DNA from: Girardia tigrina
Lineage: Eukaryota
Direction: 5' to 3'
DNA: 64,000 nucleotides
Assembly (NCBI GenBank): GCA_001938485.1
Contig: MQRK01214676.1
Coordinates: 1 to 64,000 of the forward strand
The translations under genes and the position numbers were made by a program. The notes beneath the pieces were generated by a model that had not been told where the DNA came from, ran no database searches, and saw only the letters and a program-made list of their open reading frames with translations. Of this stretch, positions 38,701-50,349 are shown piece after piece. Every line of letters begins with the position of its first letter. Position 1 is the first letter of the stretch.

Positions 38701-39526
38701 AACTGATGAGTCATCAGTGATGACTCATCACATAGTTTGATGATGAATTCTAGTAAAAATTGTAATAGTTTAAAATTAATTATTTGAAAGACTGTATATA
38801 GTAGGTAAGTTAACATCAATGATGGGTCCTTATATGAAGTATTCAAAAACAGTTTAAATTTATTTTTGAATGCTTAAACACTGCCAAACATTATTTTTTT
38901 CCAAATTTATAATTGAAATTATTAATTTGCATCCTAATCAGATGGATGATTAATATTTTAATTCTTATAATCTGAAACTTATGATTTGTAACTAATATTA
39001 TAAAACTTATTCAAATTTTTAATTTTTTATTATTGTAAATTTTAAATAATTTAATTTATTTTTGTAAATTTTTGAATAATTAAAATCAAATTAATGTTTA
39101 AAAATGATTATAAAAAGTTAATTTATTTTAGTCAATAAAATTTAAAATAAATATTTTAATAAAATAATTTTCTTAAAGTAAGTTTAGATTGGGATGAGAA
39201 GTATTAAACATTAAGTGATGGAATTAACTGAGAGCAATATTATTGATCGTCATACAGATGATCAAAATTGTTAATGTAATAAATGTTCTGTCAAATGTGT
39301 GAGTTCTCTTAACAGTTACATCAACTAAAGGAGATAAGTCAAATATCCATTCTGCCTGATAGGAGTCAGGAACAAAATTTCCCTTGGATTCAATGACTTG
39401 TTTCAACTTGTAGATTAACTTCAAATAATTCAGTGAGAAATTAATTGATAATTAAACTCTCATCTTAAGCCATAATAAATTTGGTTCCAGCGGTAGATAA
39501 TCCACAGAAGTTATTATATTGTATTG

Positions 39527-39682
39527 GGGGTAACGCATTAATTTCCCCAGTGAATTGATTTTATTAATGAATTGAATTTTTTAATAGTTATAGGGTTAGG
39601 GTTACGGTTTAGGGTTAAGGTTAAGGTTAGAGGTTAGGGTTAGTGGAAATTAATTCACTGGTGTAATTAATGCGGTAACTCT
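39527..39682. mobile_element. Short TIR element containing degenerate TTAGGG repeats
   Basis: TIRs ggtaacgcattaatttccccagtgaatt / aattcactggtgtaattaatgcggtaac; internal agggttagggttacggtttagggttaaggttaaggttagaggttagggttag. Confidence 0.75.
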
Positions 39683-40060
39683 GCATTGTTGTATTCTTGT
39701 GAAAAGTGAATTTAATTTATTAAATATTTTTTCATTCTTGTTGTCTAAAGTTATAAATAAATTAATATCGATTTCTCTAGTAAAATAGATATTTAAACAG
39801 TGTTCGTTTAACAGTACTCTCAACAAGTGCCAATAAATACCAATGGAATACAGTATTTTTTATCTCTTAATGACTTAGAAGTAAAATTTACAGGATTCAC
39901 AAAAAAACATTAACCATTTGAACTCTTAATTTTTTAATTACCTATTACTAACTCCTTAATTAATTTACGAAAGGGGTGTAAAAAGTTGTTTTTGTATCAT
40001 TGTTGCAATGGAGAAAATGATTAATCGTATTTGTTAATCATTTATTTGTTAATCGTATTT

Positions 40061-42280
40061 GGACCCTCTGATGGCTGTGCTGAGCACACCTTCTTTTTGC
40101 GTGCTGTTATAGATCACTATGTAAACGAGAAAAATTCTGAGCTTCATCTTGCCTTTATGGATATTGCTGCCGCCTTTGACACAATTTCGGTTGAATATAT
40201 CTTGTTTGCTCTTGAAAGGATGGGTCTTCTTCCTGAGTCAGTTGGGCTGATTAGGGAATTGTATCGTGATTGCCATACAAGGATTATTTGTGAAGGTCAA
40301 GCAACTGACCGGTTACCAGTCACTGTTGGTGTTAGACAGGGGTGCCCCTTGTCCATGCTCCTGTTTAAAATAGGTATTGACCCAATCCTCAATAAACTTG
40401 ACTCAATCCGGTGTTGTACCCCCGTCACGATTGGAGCCTCCACCATTTCTTGTATGGCATACGCTGATGACCTGGTTTTATTTGGAGTTTCGGAATACGA
40501 GATTAACACTCTTGTGACCTGTGCTTCCAAATATGTTAGGGCCGTTGGTATGGCATTTAGGCAATCGAAATGTGCGTATTTGGATTTCCCATACGACAAG
40601 GATAACATGCTTCTTCTTGATCATCAGATTGTTCCTCATCTGAAAGCCGATGAAGGGTATGTCTATTTGGGAAGTTTTATTTTTCGTCTGCTTCATCACA
40701 CTCATGAACAAGTGATTGCAGCTGTTGTTGCTGATCTTGCCCTTCTGAAAAATTCTGCTCTTTCGCCTTCTCAGAAACTACATGCCTATCAGACCTTTGT
40801 CCATCCGAAAATGGTCTTTTACTTTCGAAACACTTATATTCCCTTTCCTGACATTACAGCCCGGAAAACTGGTTGGGAAATTGTGGTTCGAAAGGAACAT
40901 AAGGAGTTTTTGAACCTTCCTCTGCGTGCTTCCAACTCATATATTTACACCAGTAAAGAACATGGTGGTGTTGGTCTTACTTGTGTCTTTGATGAATNNN
41001 NNNNNNNNNNNNNNNNNNNNNGCTTCTACCTTCTCAATTCTTCTGACAGTTTTGTGAAGGACGCTGTGTGGACTACTTTGGAGCACGCCTCCCGCAACCA
41101 ACAAAGACATGACATCTTTAAATGGATTAATGAAGGTTATCGTAACTATGTTCGTGATCATTGGTGGAACAAAATTCAGCATGCCATCTTCTCTTTGAAG
41201 AGTCTCGGAATTACTATCCGCTTTGGTGATGACTTTCCTTCCACCTGCATTACCTTCCGACTCGACAATGCTGATTACCACATATCCTCCACCATTCGAT
41301 CAAATGAGAAAGATAAGGTGTCCGTATTTCTGAGAAAATGTCTGTCTCTTCACGATCTTTTCTCCTGGACGGGACAAAAGAGTGCGGGGCGCTCGGCGTC
41401 TGCCCTATCTCTTAGCTCTTTCACGACTTCTGTTGTTTACAACAGTCATCTCCCTGCCTCTGAATGGCAATTTATTCACCTAGGTCGTTCCTATAACCTT
41501 CCAATTAGCTGCCGGTTTGGGAAATCTGACCTTTGAAGGAGATGTCAAGAGAATGCTGAGACTCTCATGCATGTACTTTGTTGCTGTCGGCCCTTCATGT
41601 CTTTTACGAATGCCCGTCATAACTCTGTTGTTGACATTTTGGCTTCTGAAATCAGGGAACACTGCAATGCCGAACTTGATGTAAATCATCAGTGTCGATT
41701 CGTGCACTCTGCACTCCGAGTCGACTTGCAGGTCTACTTCCCTGAGAAAAAAGAGAATCGTTCTGATTGATATTAAGTGTCCTTTTGACGACCTGAAAAA
41801 TCTAAAAAGGGCTAATAAGGATAATTTAGATCATTACCGACCTCTAAAAGAAGCCATTAAGGCTAAATACAGCGATCATAGGGTTTCATTATTACATTTA
41901 TTGTAGGAGCTCTGGGTACCTGGATCCCGGACAACATTAAAGCTCTTCGTGCAATCTTCCTCCCTCACAGAAAAAAGGACATTGCTTACGCAACCATCAG
42001 AAGCAACATCCGATGGAGTACGCGCCAATGGACCGCGTTCGATGAAGGAAAAGATTACTGCAACCTGTCCAGATTCAGTGATCCTGCACACAATCCAAGA
42101 GCCCCGACAATTGAAGGTGCAATCTTTGAAGATGAATCCGATGAAGTAGCTGTCGCTGACAGCTTCCAGCACCAACGAAGTGGCGAGCGATGATGCTGAA
42201 GCAAAATGAATGCCGATCCAAATCAGATTAAGTCCCGAAAGGGCAACTCAAAAAAAAACTTTTGTTTTGTAATAAATTTT
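40061..42280 (+). mobile_element. 5'-truncated RLE non-LTR retrotransposon, NeSL/Utopia-like
   Basis: GCAEH, DIAAAFD, GVRQGCPLS, AYADD, YVYLG, LPLRAS...GGVGL; decayed CCHC (RRC...ETLMHVLCCC); RHNSVV; RVDL...DIKCPFD; VGALGTW; SNIRWS. The frame ends ~42193, followed by a hairpin, an A-run and AATAAA. Confidence 0.92.
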
Positions 42281-43578
42281 TGTACCCATAATCGAACGTT
42301 TGCGCGTGATTTGAAGAGAATTAATTTGTCGGTGATAATAAATTTTTGGTTACTTTTCCTTCATTTTGTTACAATCGTAAAAGATACATTTGATAATTTA
42401 AATTATTTTTAAAAATTGTGTGACTATAATTTCGAGTCTGACTCGACAAAGGAGTGGTTAAGGTTAAAATATCGATAATGTTATTTAAATATTTTATTAT
42501 TATTTCGAATTTTTTTCAATAATATTTTTTTGATTCAATAATTTTCTTTTATTTTTAAATAAAAATTAGAATTTAGATAATTCATAATTTGCATTAGTAA
42601 TTGAGATTTTAATAGTCATGTGTCGGTTGTTAAGAACCAAATTTCGAACTCAAATTCAAATGTACCTCGATATCCCGACAATAATAATTTCCGGAAATTG
42701 TAATTAATAATTAAATTAATTACAATTAAATAATAATCAATTTAGTAATTAATAATCCGTCAATAATCTTATAACAAATGTCGATTTAGTAAATATCGGT
42801 GTACTCAAATGTATATTGTGAATCTGATGCAAATAATTCATAACAAATAGCCGTTGTTTATTTTCTCAACGTTTGTGTTTGCCGGTCGATGGAGTTGCTA
42901 TAGAATCGCCGTGGACCTTACACTTACTTCTGCTTTAATACCTACCACAAATGGAGCATGAATCGGTGATGGTAATGCTGTACTTAAATTAGTTACCAAG
43001 TTTCACGCTCGGTAGGTTTCAATAAATCACTTCAAAGAAGACCTTACACGGGATGTTCTAAACTGTAAGAAGCTTTTGATCTTTGTATATCAAACAAATT
43101 TTTAGAAATATAATAAAAAATTAAAAAAATATTTTAAAATGAAGACATTTTGCTAATAAATCTATGAAACTTATATAATAATACAAAACGATTCTCAAAA
43201 GTAATTAGTAATATGTACTTTAAAAATAAATAAAATAATTTTGATTATATATGAACTTCAGTAAAGTTTTGACGCAAGTAAATTAAAATTTGGTTAACCT
43301 TACTTAAAAACCTTTTTTAACTCTTATGAAAGAACTCATTTACAAAAAAAACTATTTAATGGATATGAAGTTCATTTTATGGAACAGATAAATTGAGGCT
43401 TCCATACATGCTATTATGGAAATATAATTTATATTATTATTACTGTTGATTTAGAAGGAAATAACAACAAATAAATAATTCCGGAAAAATAAAATTATTA
43501 ATAATAATAATTAAAATAATGAAGGTTCGATTGACCCGTAAACCTTACCCTTATTAGATTTTAATTAACACTTCCTGA

Positions 43579-44509
43579 AAGTGGCGGATTTAGCTATAGG
43601 AATGGGGGGCAGATCGCCACCCCCACGCCCTGTTGGATTATAAATGGCTCTCCCAAGATGACTTTTATAAATGTGTTGTTTTGTGTACAAGAATTAGCTG
43701 CATTATGATTAAGTTTCATCCTTAACACTGACACAAGGTCTGTGATGCAGAAGAACTAACTAACTAAACTCCATCACTATCTTGTGAATTACAACTGTAA
43801 GAGGTGCTGCATTTCTTAGTTAAAAAACAGATGGCTTCAGGACTCCACAATTTGGCAATTCTCTATAAAATATACTTGACCCTTCCTGTTACATCTGTAA
43901 CTGCTGAAAAAAGTTTCAGTAGACTGAAAATAATCAAGAGTTACTTGCGGTCAACAATGACACATGAACGAATGTCTGGATTGGCACTAATTTCAATAGA
44001 ACGTGAACTGGCAGAAAAGATTGACTTTGAATCAACAATAAATCGTTTTGCTTCAATGAAATCACGAAGAAAGCAATTTAAATAGTAAATAAACTAGCGA
44101 GTCAGTTTTTACTTTAAAAAATATAACATTGGAATAGTTATACATTTTTATTATACTGTTTATATTGCATATATGTAATCGATAAATTAGATTAAAATTT
44201 AATTACTAAATCTACTACTAACAATACAAGGTCTGTGATTTTCACGCAAGATTTTACAGCCGGAGTAAACCCAAATATTATTAAAAGTCGGTAATAATGA
44301 CGGGTCAACACAACTTCATTATTTTTAATAGTTATTTATTTTTTGGTGCTTTCTACCGCTGGAACAAGATAGCGGGGAGCGTAAAAATCGTGTATATTAT
44401 AGTATTTACTCAATATTAAAATTAGTAGGGCTAATTCTACCTTTATCCTTTTTGACGTCCCCTGAAAGTTTTCTCGTCCCCCACGCACCAAAATATAAAT
44501 CCGCCACTG
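43579..44509 (+). mobile_element. Non-autonomous hAT element retaining the dimerisation domain
   Basis: TIRs (A)AGTGGCGGATTT / AAATCCGCCACTG; 8-bp TSD cttcctga/cttcctgc; ORF 43804-44085 LTLPVTSVTAEKSFSRLKIIKSYLRSTM. Confidence 0.92.
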
Positions 44510-45231
44510 CTTCCTGCATATTATTGTCTTTCACATTTTCAAAAAAATAAACTTTTATTTAAAAGTAACTTACAAAGACATAATATTATTTCAGTTACAT
44601 CTAATATAAAGGGACTCTAAATAAGAACATTCTACCGAACGGACGCACGAAATAAATGTTTGGATTGTAAAGACATGACAAATGTTTTAAATTATTTTTT
44701 TCATTTATACCCCAGGGTACAGTTCAGTGTTTCTGTCAGAAAATTTTTGTTTGGGGGAAATTCAGTTGGTTAGGGGGCAGAGGCTGAATATTTTTAAACA
44801 ATTTTGTAATGATAAAACCAGAAGCAATTAATGAAACCTGAGCATGCTCAGTAGTATTTTCTTTTACATAACGAAATAAATGAACGCCATTACAAAATAA
44901 GCATTATTATTCAATTAATTGATGTTTATAATGGAATTGCAATGCATCGAGAGTTTTCAGAAGCGTGCCCTAAACGCACAACCTGTTCCGCCATTTCTGT
45001 TGTCAGTGTTTCCGGAGCTTCTATAATGATACGTACTAAGTGGGCGATGTTTCTGGAGGAAAATACTAGGGGAGAAATTTTAAAAACTGGAGGGGGATCT
45101 CCCCTCCACCAGATTGATGCCTGGCTGAAGCAATGGTACAGTTTCAGGGTTAAAAAACTTAGAATGCTTTTTTATTTTTATAAAAAAATAAAAATTTTTT
45201 TTCAAATGCTTTTGTTGATCATAAGATTGTT

Positions 45232-45657
45232 TTTTTGGTACCGTAGCCTTTGGGCCTTGGGTGCACTCAATTATGCATAAGAATATGGCTTGGGTCTGCA
45301 TATTTTTGAGTGTCTCAGTAGGCAAGGAACCTGGTGGCGCATATCTCCTCTTCAGGTATGGATGGCCGTTGGCTCCAAGGAGCTCATCCTCTCTTTTCTA
45401 GTCGTTGCTTTTCATCCTGCTAGATGTACATACACCTCTTCCCCAGGTTGCTCTGGGTGAGGTAGCCGGTTTATTCGCCAACTATTCGACCATGGGACAG
45501 GTATTACAGGTTTACATGGTACCTGTAGCAGACAGATTACCTGACTTGACCACTAGTCAATGGCTCCGCGATTTCCCTATCGGTCACCCAAATAAGTACT
45601 AACGCGGCCGTTGGTTGCTTGAGGATATCCGACGAACCCAACTGCGGCCATTGACCA
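45232..45657 (-). mobile_element. 5S rRNA-derived SINE (SINE3-type)
   Basis: 45571-45637 ttccctatcggtcacccaaataagtactaacgcggccgttggttgctt...atccgacgaac resembles the reverse complement of the 5S rRNA internal control region. A ~330-nt GC-rich body and short A tail follow on the minus strand. Confidence 0.7.
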
Positions 45658-46899
45658 TTTGTTTAAGATTGTTTACTTTTGTTTAAATTCACCGTTTGCG
45701 ACATGTGGATTTAATTTAAAATACATTCTTAAGTTAACAGGTTTGACTTCAATTCAAGCTAGTTCGAAAACAATCACTATTAACAGTAAGCAACGGCTAA
45801 GCGGCTGTATAAATCAAGAATTTGGCCTGAATTCTGAAAGATGTAAGTCTTTCAGTGGTCACGAAAGACAAGATCGATGGATGTCGGTAAGGGCTGATTT
45901 AAAATCAAATGGGTTTGGAGTGACGATCATACTGCCACTAGTTTTCAGCATGACCTTCCTTTATTTTCGGCGGAAAATATAAGAACCGGGTCTGAGTTGG
46001 TAAAAGGTATGGCCCTACAGTAGACACCAACCAGATTCTCGTATCTTGAGCTGAGTGCTCAAAGTCAGGTTCTGGTACCAGCGCAAAATAATCTAAATGA
46101 AATATTCTTCATGTTGTTTACACAAAATATATTTCTTGACAAATATTTATTGTTGCAAAATAACTGATCCAGATTTAAAATTCTTTTGCAAAAAAAACTG
46201 TTTTCATTGCTGTCAAGTAATAGACTTCATAAGATGTTACTTACCATTTTTATTCAAAATTTCCTAACTTTCTGTAAAATTTGGGATCCACATTTAATTT
46301 TTTTATCTCTTTCAGTTGTAATATATTAATATTAAATTGTTTAAAGAGTTGATTCATTTTTATTTAATCTATCTGTCGATTCAGAGAAGATTCTATAAAC
46401 TATTTTAATTTTTGGTAAAAACTAATAAGTGGCGAACCCATGAAATACTCGAAATTAAGTAGAAAATAACATAACATATGAATATTGTTTTAACCAACAT
46501 TAGTGGTTATGTATAGGTATTTATATTTCAGTATAGGACCCCCATTCTGTACAAACGTTTTCCAGTATCTTACCAGCCTAAAGAAGACATTTCATGAGGT
46601 GGAGGAACTAATAAAAATCACTCTGAGCTAGGTTTGGGGAATATGTAGAAGAGAATGCACTTGTGTGGGTTGAGGCTGTGCTATCAATCTTTCCGAGAAA
46701 AAGAAACTTGATAAAACTCATGCACTCAAGTCCTTAGGAAGTCATATCACACAAAAACGTTTACTGCGATAACTGCATGAACTAAGTGCAAGCGTTCCTG
46801 CTATGGCAAATATTCATTTATAGGTTTGTATAATGATTTATCGGGCACACCATCATGCCACATTGAAACAGTCACTTCCCAATCTCACTAATATGACCA

Positions 46900-47200
46900 A
46901 TATATGTATACAATAAATGTGTGTCTGTCTGTCTGTCTGAACTCGATAGATTCAAAAACCATACATCCAACCACTGTGAAAGTTTTGGAAGGTTTTTAAA
47001 TTTTTATCAGAGTTGGGATTCAAGATGCTCCCAAACAAATATCCAAAAAAATATCAAAATAACATTAATCTATGTATATATAAAGAAGAATGTCTGTTTA
47101 TTCGTTATTTACTCAAAAAGTATCGAACCGATTGCGACCAAACTTGAGAAAACTGTTGAAATCCTTCCGGGATGGTTTCTGTTACAAAACAATAGCATTT
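46900..47200 (+). mobile_element. Two Helitron-like non-autonomous 5' ends
   Basis: atatatgtatacaataaatgtgtgtctgtctgtctg at ~46900 and aTCtatgtatatataaagaagaatgtctgttt...gaaccgattgcgaccaaactt at ~47068. Confidence 0.5.
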
Positions 47201-48656
47201 AATACAAATTAATAAAACTAATAAAATTTTAGATTTTTTTCTAATTTTTTAAAGTTTTTTTTGCAAAAGGTTTTTTATTTTTTTTAATTGTTTGATTAAA
47301 TTTTTGAGTTTTTATTTTTTTGCTTTTGTAAAATTCACTACAGGGATGACAAAATTATGGACATTTTTGGTAACGGTTTCGTTGCCGTAGAATCGAAAAT
47401 TTACTATCGATTTTTTTTATTTTTGTTGAATATGAATTACCATTGAAATGACACACTGATACTAGTGTTTTACCGGAAGAACCGGCATTTTGAGTCGGTT
47501 ACCCCAGTACTGGACCGGGCTCACTTTAATGGACTGTTGTCGAGTTACACTGAAAAAGGACTTTAGTCAACGAAGTCACTGCTCGGGATTCAAATATTTA
47601 AATTATTATATTTCAAAAAATTAAAATTGATAATTGTAAAGATTCAAAATTGTTCCAGAAAATAAATTGATTATCCTTTATCTTATTCATTATCGTTTTT
47701 AAAACGATTTTTAAATTATAATTTTCTAAATTCGACCAAATGAATTTTTCATTTATCAGTACTCATGATGGATCAAGAAGAGTTTTCAATTTAAATTCAG
47801 TTTTTAATCAATCTATTGAAGAAAATAGTTTCCATAATGATTATTCGTCATTAGCCGAATATAACACTAGTTCAACAATTAATTTCATTTATGATGGCCT
47901 TAAAAACCCCACAAAACATTACAGTGAAAATTCCAACTATATATATAATATTTATCGATGGTTAAAGAATTCCCGAATAGTTTATACAATTTTTATTTGG
48001 AACTGATCGAAAAGAATCTCAATATGATGAGCAAATAAATCGATAATGAATTATCGACCTTCGCATTTCTTATCCATAATCAAATCAAGACCTGTATTAA
48101 TGAAAAGATGTTACCCACCGTGATAGTAACGTGACTCATGTTATCAATCATCAAACAATCAACATGACGATAAATTTTTATCAATTCAATACTGGCCCAG
48201 CAAAATCTAAACAAACCACTGCGCATCCCTGTTGCCTCCGTCCGATTCTCGGGGCGACCTGAGGGTTGGGTGGACCAGTCACCTTTGCTCATTGATCATT
48301 AATTTACATATCATTTTACTCGAAAAGAGAAAGTGATTCCAAAGGTAAATTGGATTTCAAAGTTTGGCATTCCTCTTAGTGGCAAAATATTAGAGATGTA
48401 TTCCAATGTAGCCAACCAATGAAAGGAAAACTAAAGACAATATGTACAATCTTTCATCCAATTAACTCCACACATGAATTGCAACTCCCATAAAGAATCC
48501 TGTACTTTAATATAATAAAATTTTAATCCATCCTACAGCTAGTTTGACCATTGTAAAAATATCGATTATGCTAGAAGTATCTAATCGATATTTTAAACGT
48601 AATATATAAATAAATGAAAATATAAACAATAAATTTGAATTTAACTAAACTATATA

Positions 48657-49789
48657 CAGTCGACTTCGGATAAATCGATAATCCGGTTTACTCGATGTGT
48701 TGTGGTTGTCCCGACTGAGAGTGCATACATTTACGTTGCAGCAACACCGGATAACTCGATAAACCGCTTTACTCGATACAATATGTGAATCCAAATTGTA
48801 TAAATATTCGCATAACTCGATATTCAAAATAAAAAAAATAAAATCAGGGCCAGTTGAGAAACATAATTTTCGATATTTTATGTGAATTTAATAAATGTTA
48901 AAAAATACATGTAATATTTAATTAACGTAATATGTTTTGAAATTAAAAAAATTACAATTTGTTTAACAGTTTAAAATTGTAAATTTGTATAAATCCAACT
49001 TTTTGAAATTTGAAAATCTGTCGTTGTTAATTAAAAACGACATTTTCTATAAAAAAGTGTGATTGTTTTTTCAAGTTTGTTGAAAAACTAAAGATTTCGA
49101 TTTCATCTCGAACAAAGGTTAATACAATAAATAATACAATACAATAATTAATTAACTTTTAGTTTAAAATATAACTACTCCTAAGACTGACAGTAATAGC
49201 ATCAAAATCAAGTAGCTTTAAAAGACCGAGCAGCAGCAAAACCATTGCAGAAAAGCATGAGATTGTTCAATTAATCATCCCCAATCCTATCTAGAAACAA
49301 GAGGATATGTGTTCCAAATTCGGATTAAAGCAATCTACATTGTCAACTTACCTGAGTAATAAAGAAAATATCACGAAGAGTATCAATACATGGACGCGAC
49401 ACTAAAGAAGAAGAGAAGTCGTCCTTTGAACTACGAAGATGTAGACGCCGCTCTGCTAATGTGTTCCAAGTAGAAACATGACGCTGGTCTGTGTTTGGAT
49501 GGCGAGATATGGCGGACTAAGGCCACTGAATTTGCAACAATGCTGAGCCTAGAAAAATGGACGAGAATGGAATAACCTTGTCCTGGATCAACCATAGGAT
49601 AAGTCGGCATGGTATTCTGTAGATATATACATTCTGTAGTATATCATCCGTGTACAGAAGAATTACTGATTTTTCACAACACATGGATATCGGGAAAGGG
49701 AAATATGTTGTTGTTCGCTTTTCTCGATATTAGCTTAACTTGATAAGTTTTGGAAGTCCCAAGCATATCTAGTTATCCGGAGTCGACTG
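48657..49789 (+). mobile_element. pogo/Tigger element, internally deleted
   Basis: TA-CAGTCGACTTCGGATAA ... TTATCCGGAGTCGACTG-TA; CENP-B-type HTH TIAEKHEIVQ...FGLKQSTLST...YEDVDAALL...KATEFA. Confidence 0.92.
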
Positions 49790-50349
49790 TAATAATCTAA
49801 ACCAAAAATAAGATCAGCAATAACGAAACAGGGAGAAAGTCAGACCGAATATAATCGACGACATGATGAGATTCTGTTTTTCGATGGGTAGATAACTGCC
49901 AAAGACTAAAATCATTAATCGAGTCAAATGAGAGAATCTTGGAGTAAGAAAAGATGAATCAACAACTCTTGATCCCGAGACATTTAGTCCATAGGTAATT
50001 GGAGGTAATTTGATCATCAAGACTGAATAGCTGATGGAACCTTTGCACTTTCATCAATGGTGTTTTATTCAGTTTTTTAGCAGAGCGTGGTTGTGGTTAG
50101 ATGAGCCCCACATACCAAACATGAATTACGAATAATTCGACCGTACAGATGCCAATGTCACATTTCACTTACTCAACTTATGGATTTGCATTTGAAAGTT
50201 GCATTATTCCCGAAAAGGGAAATTTTTGTTAATCATGGAACAATTATCAATCGCGATCAAGAGATTGAATGTGATTTATTAATTGAAAATAAAAAGATCA
50301 TTAAAATTAAAAATGATAAAAATAGATTCAATAATCTTGAGAGTTCATC

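Noticed and set aside
38703-38730. CTGATGAG within the near-palindrome tgatgagtcatcagtgatgactcatca
   Set aside because: No GAAA; it is a simple palindrome at the hAT truncation point.
45571-45657. Functional 5S rRNA gene
   Set aside because: Too diverged and internally shortened, and it continues into a SINE-like body.
47740-50170. Hydrophobic minus-strand frames around the pogo insertion (membrane-protein pseudogene?)
   Set aside because: Multiple stops and no recognisable family motif; hydrophobicity is expected from T-rich DNA.
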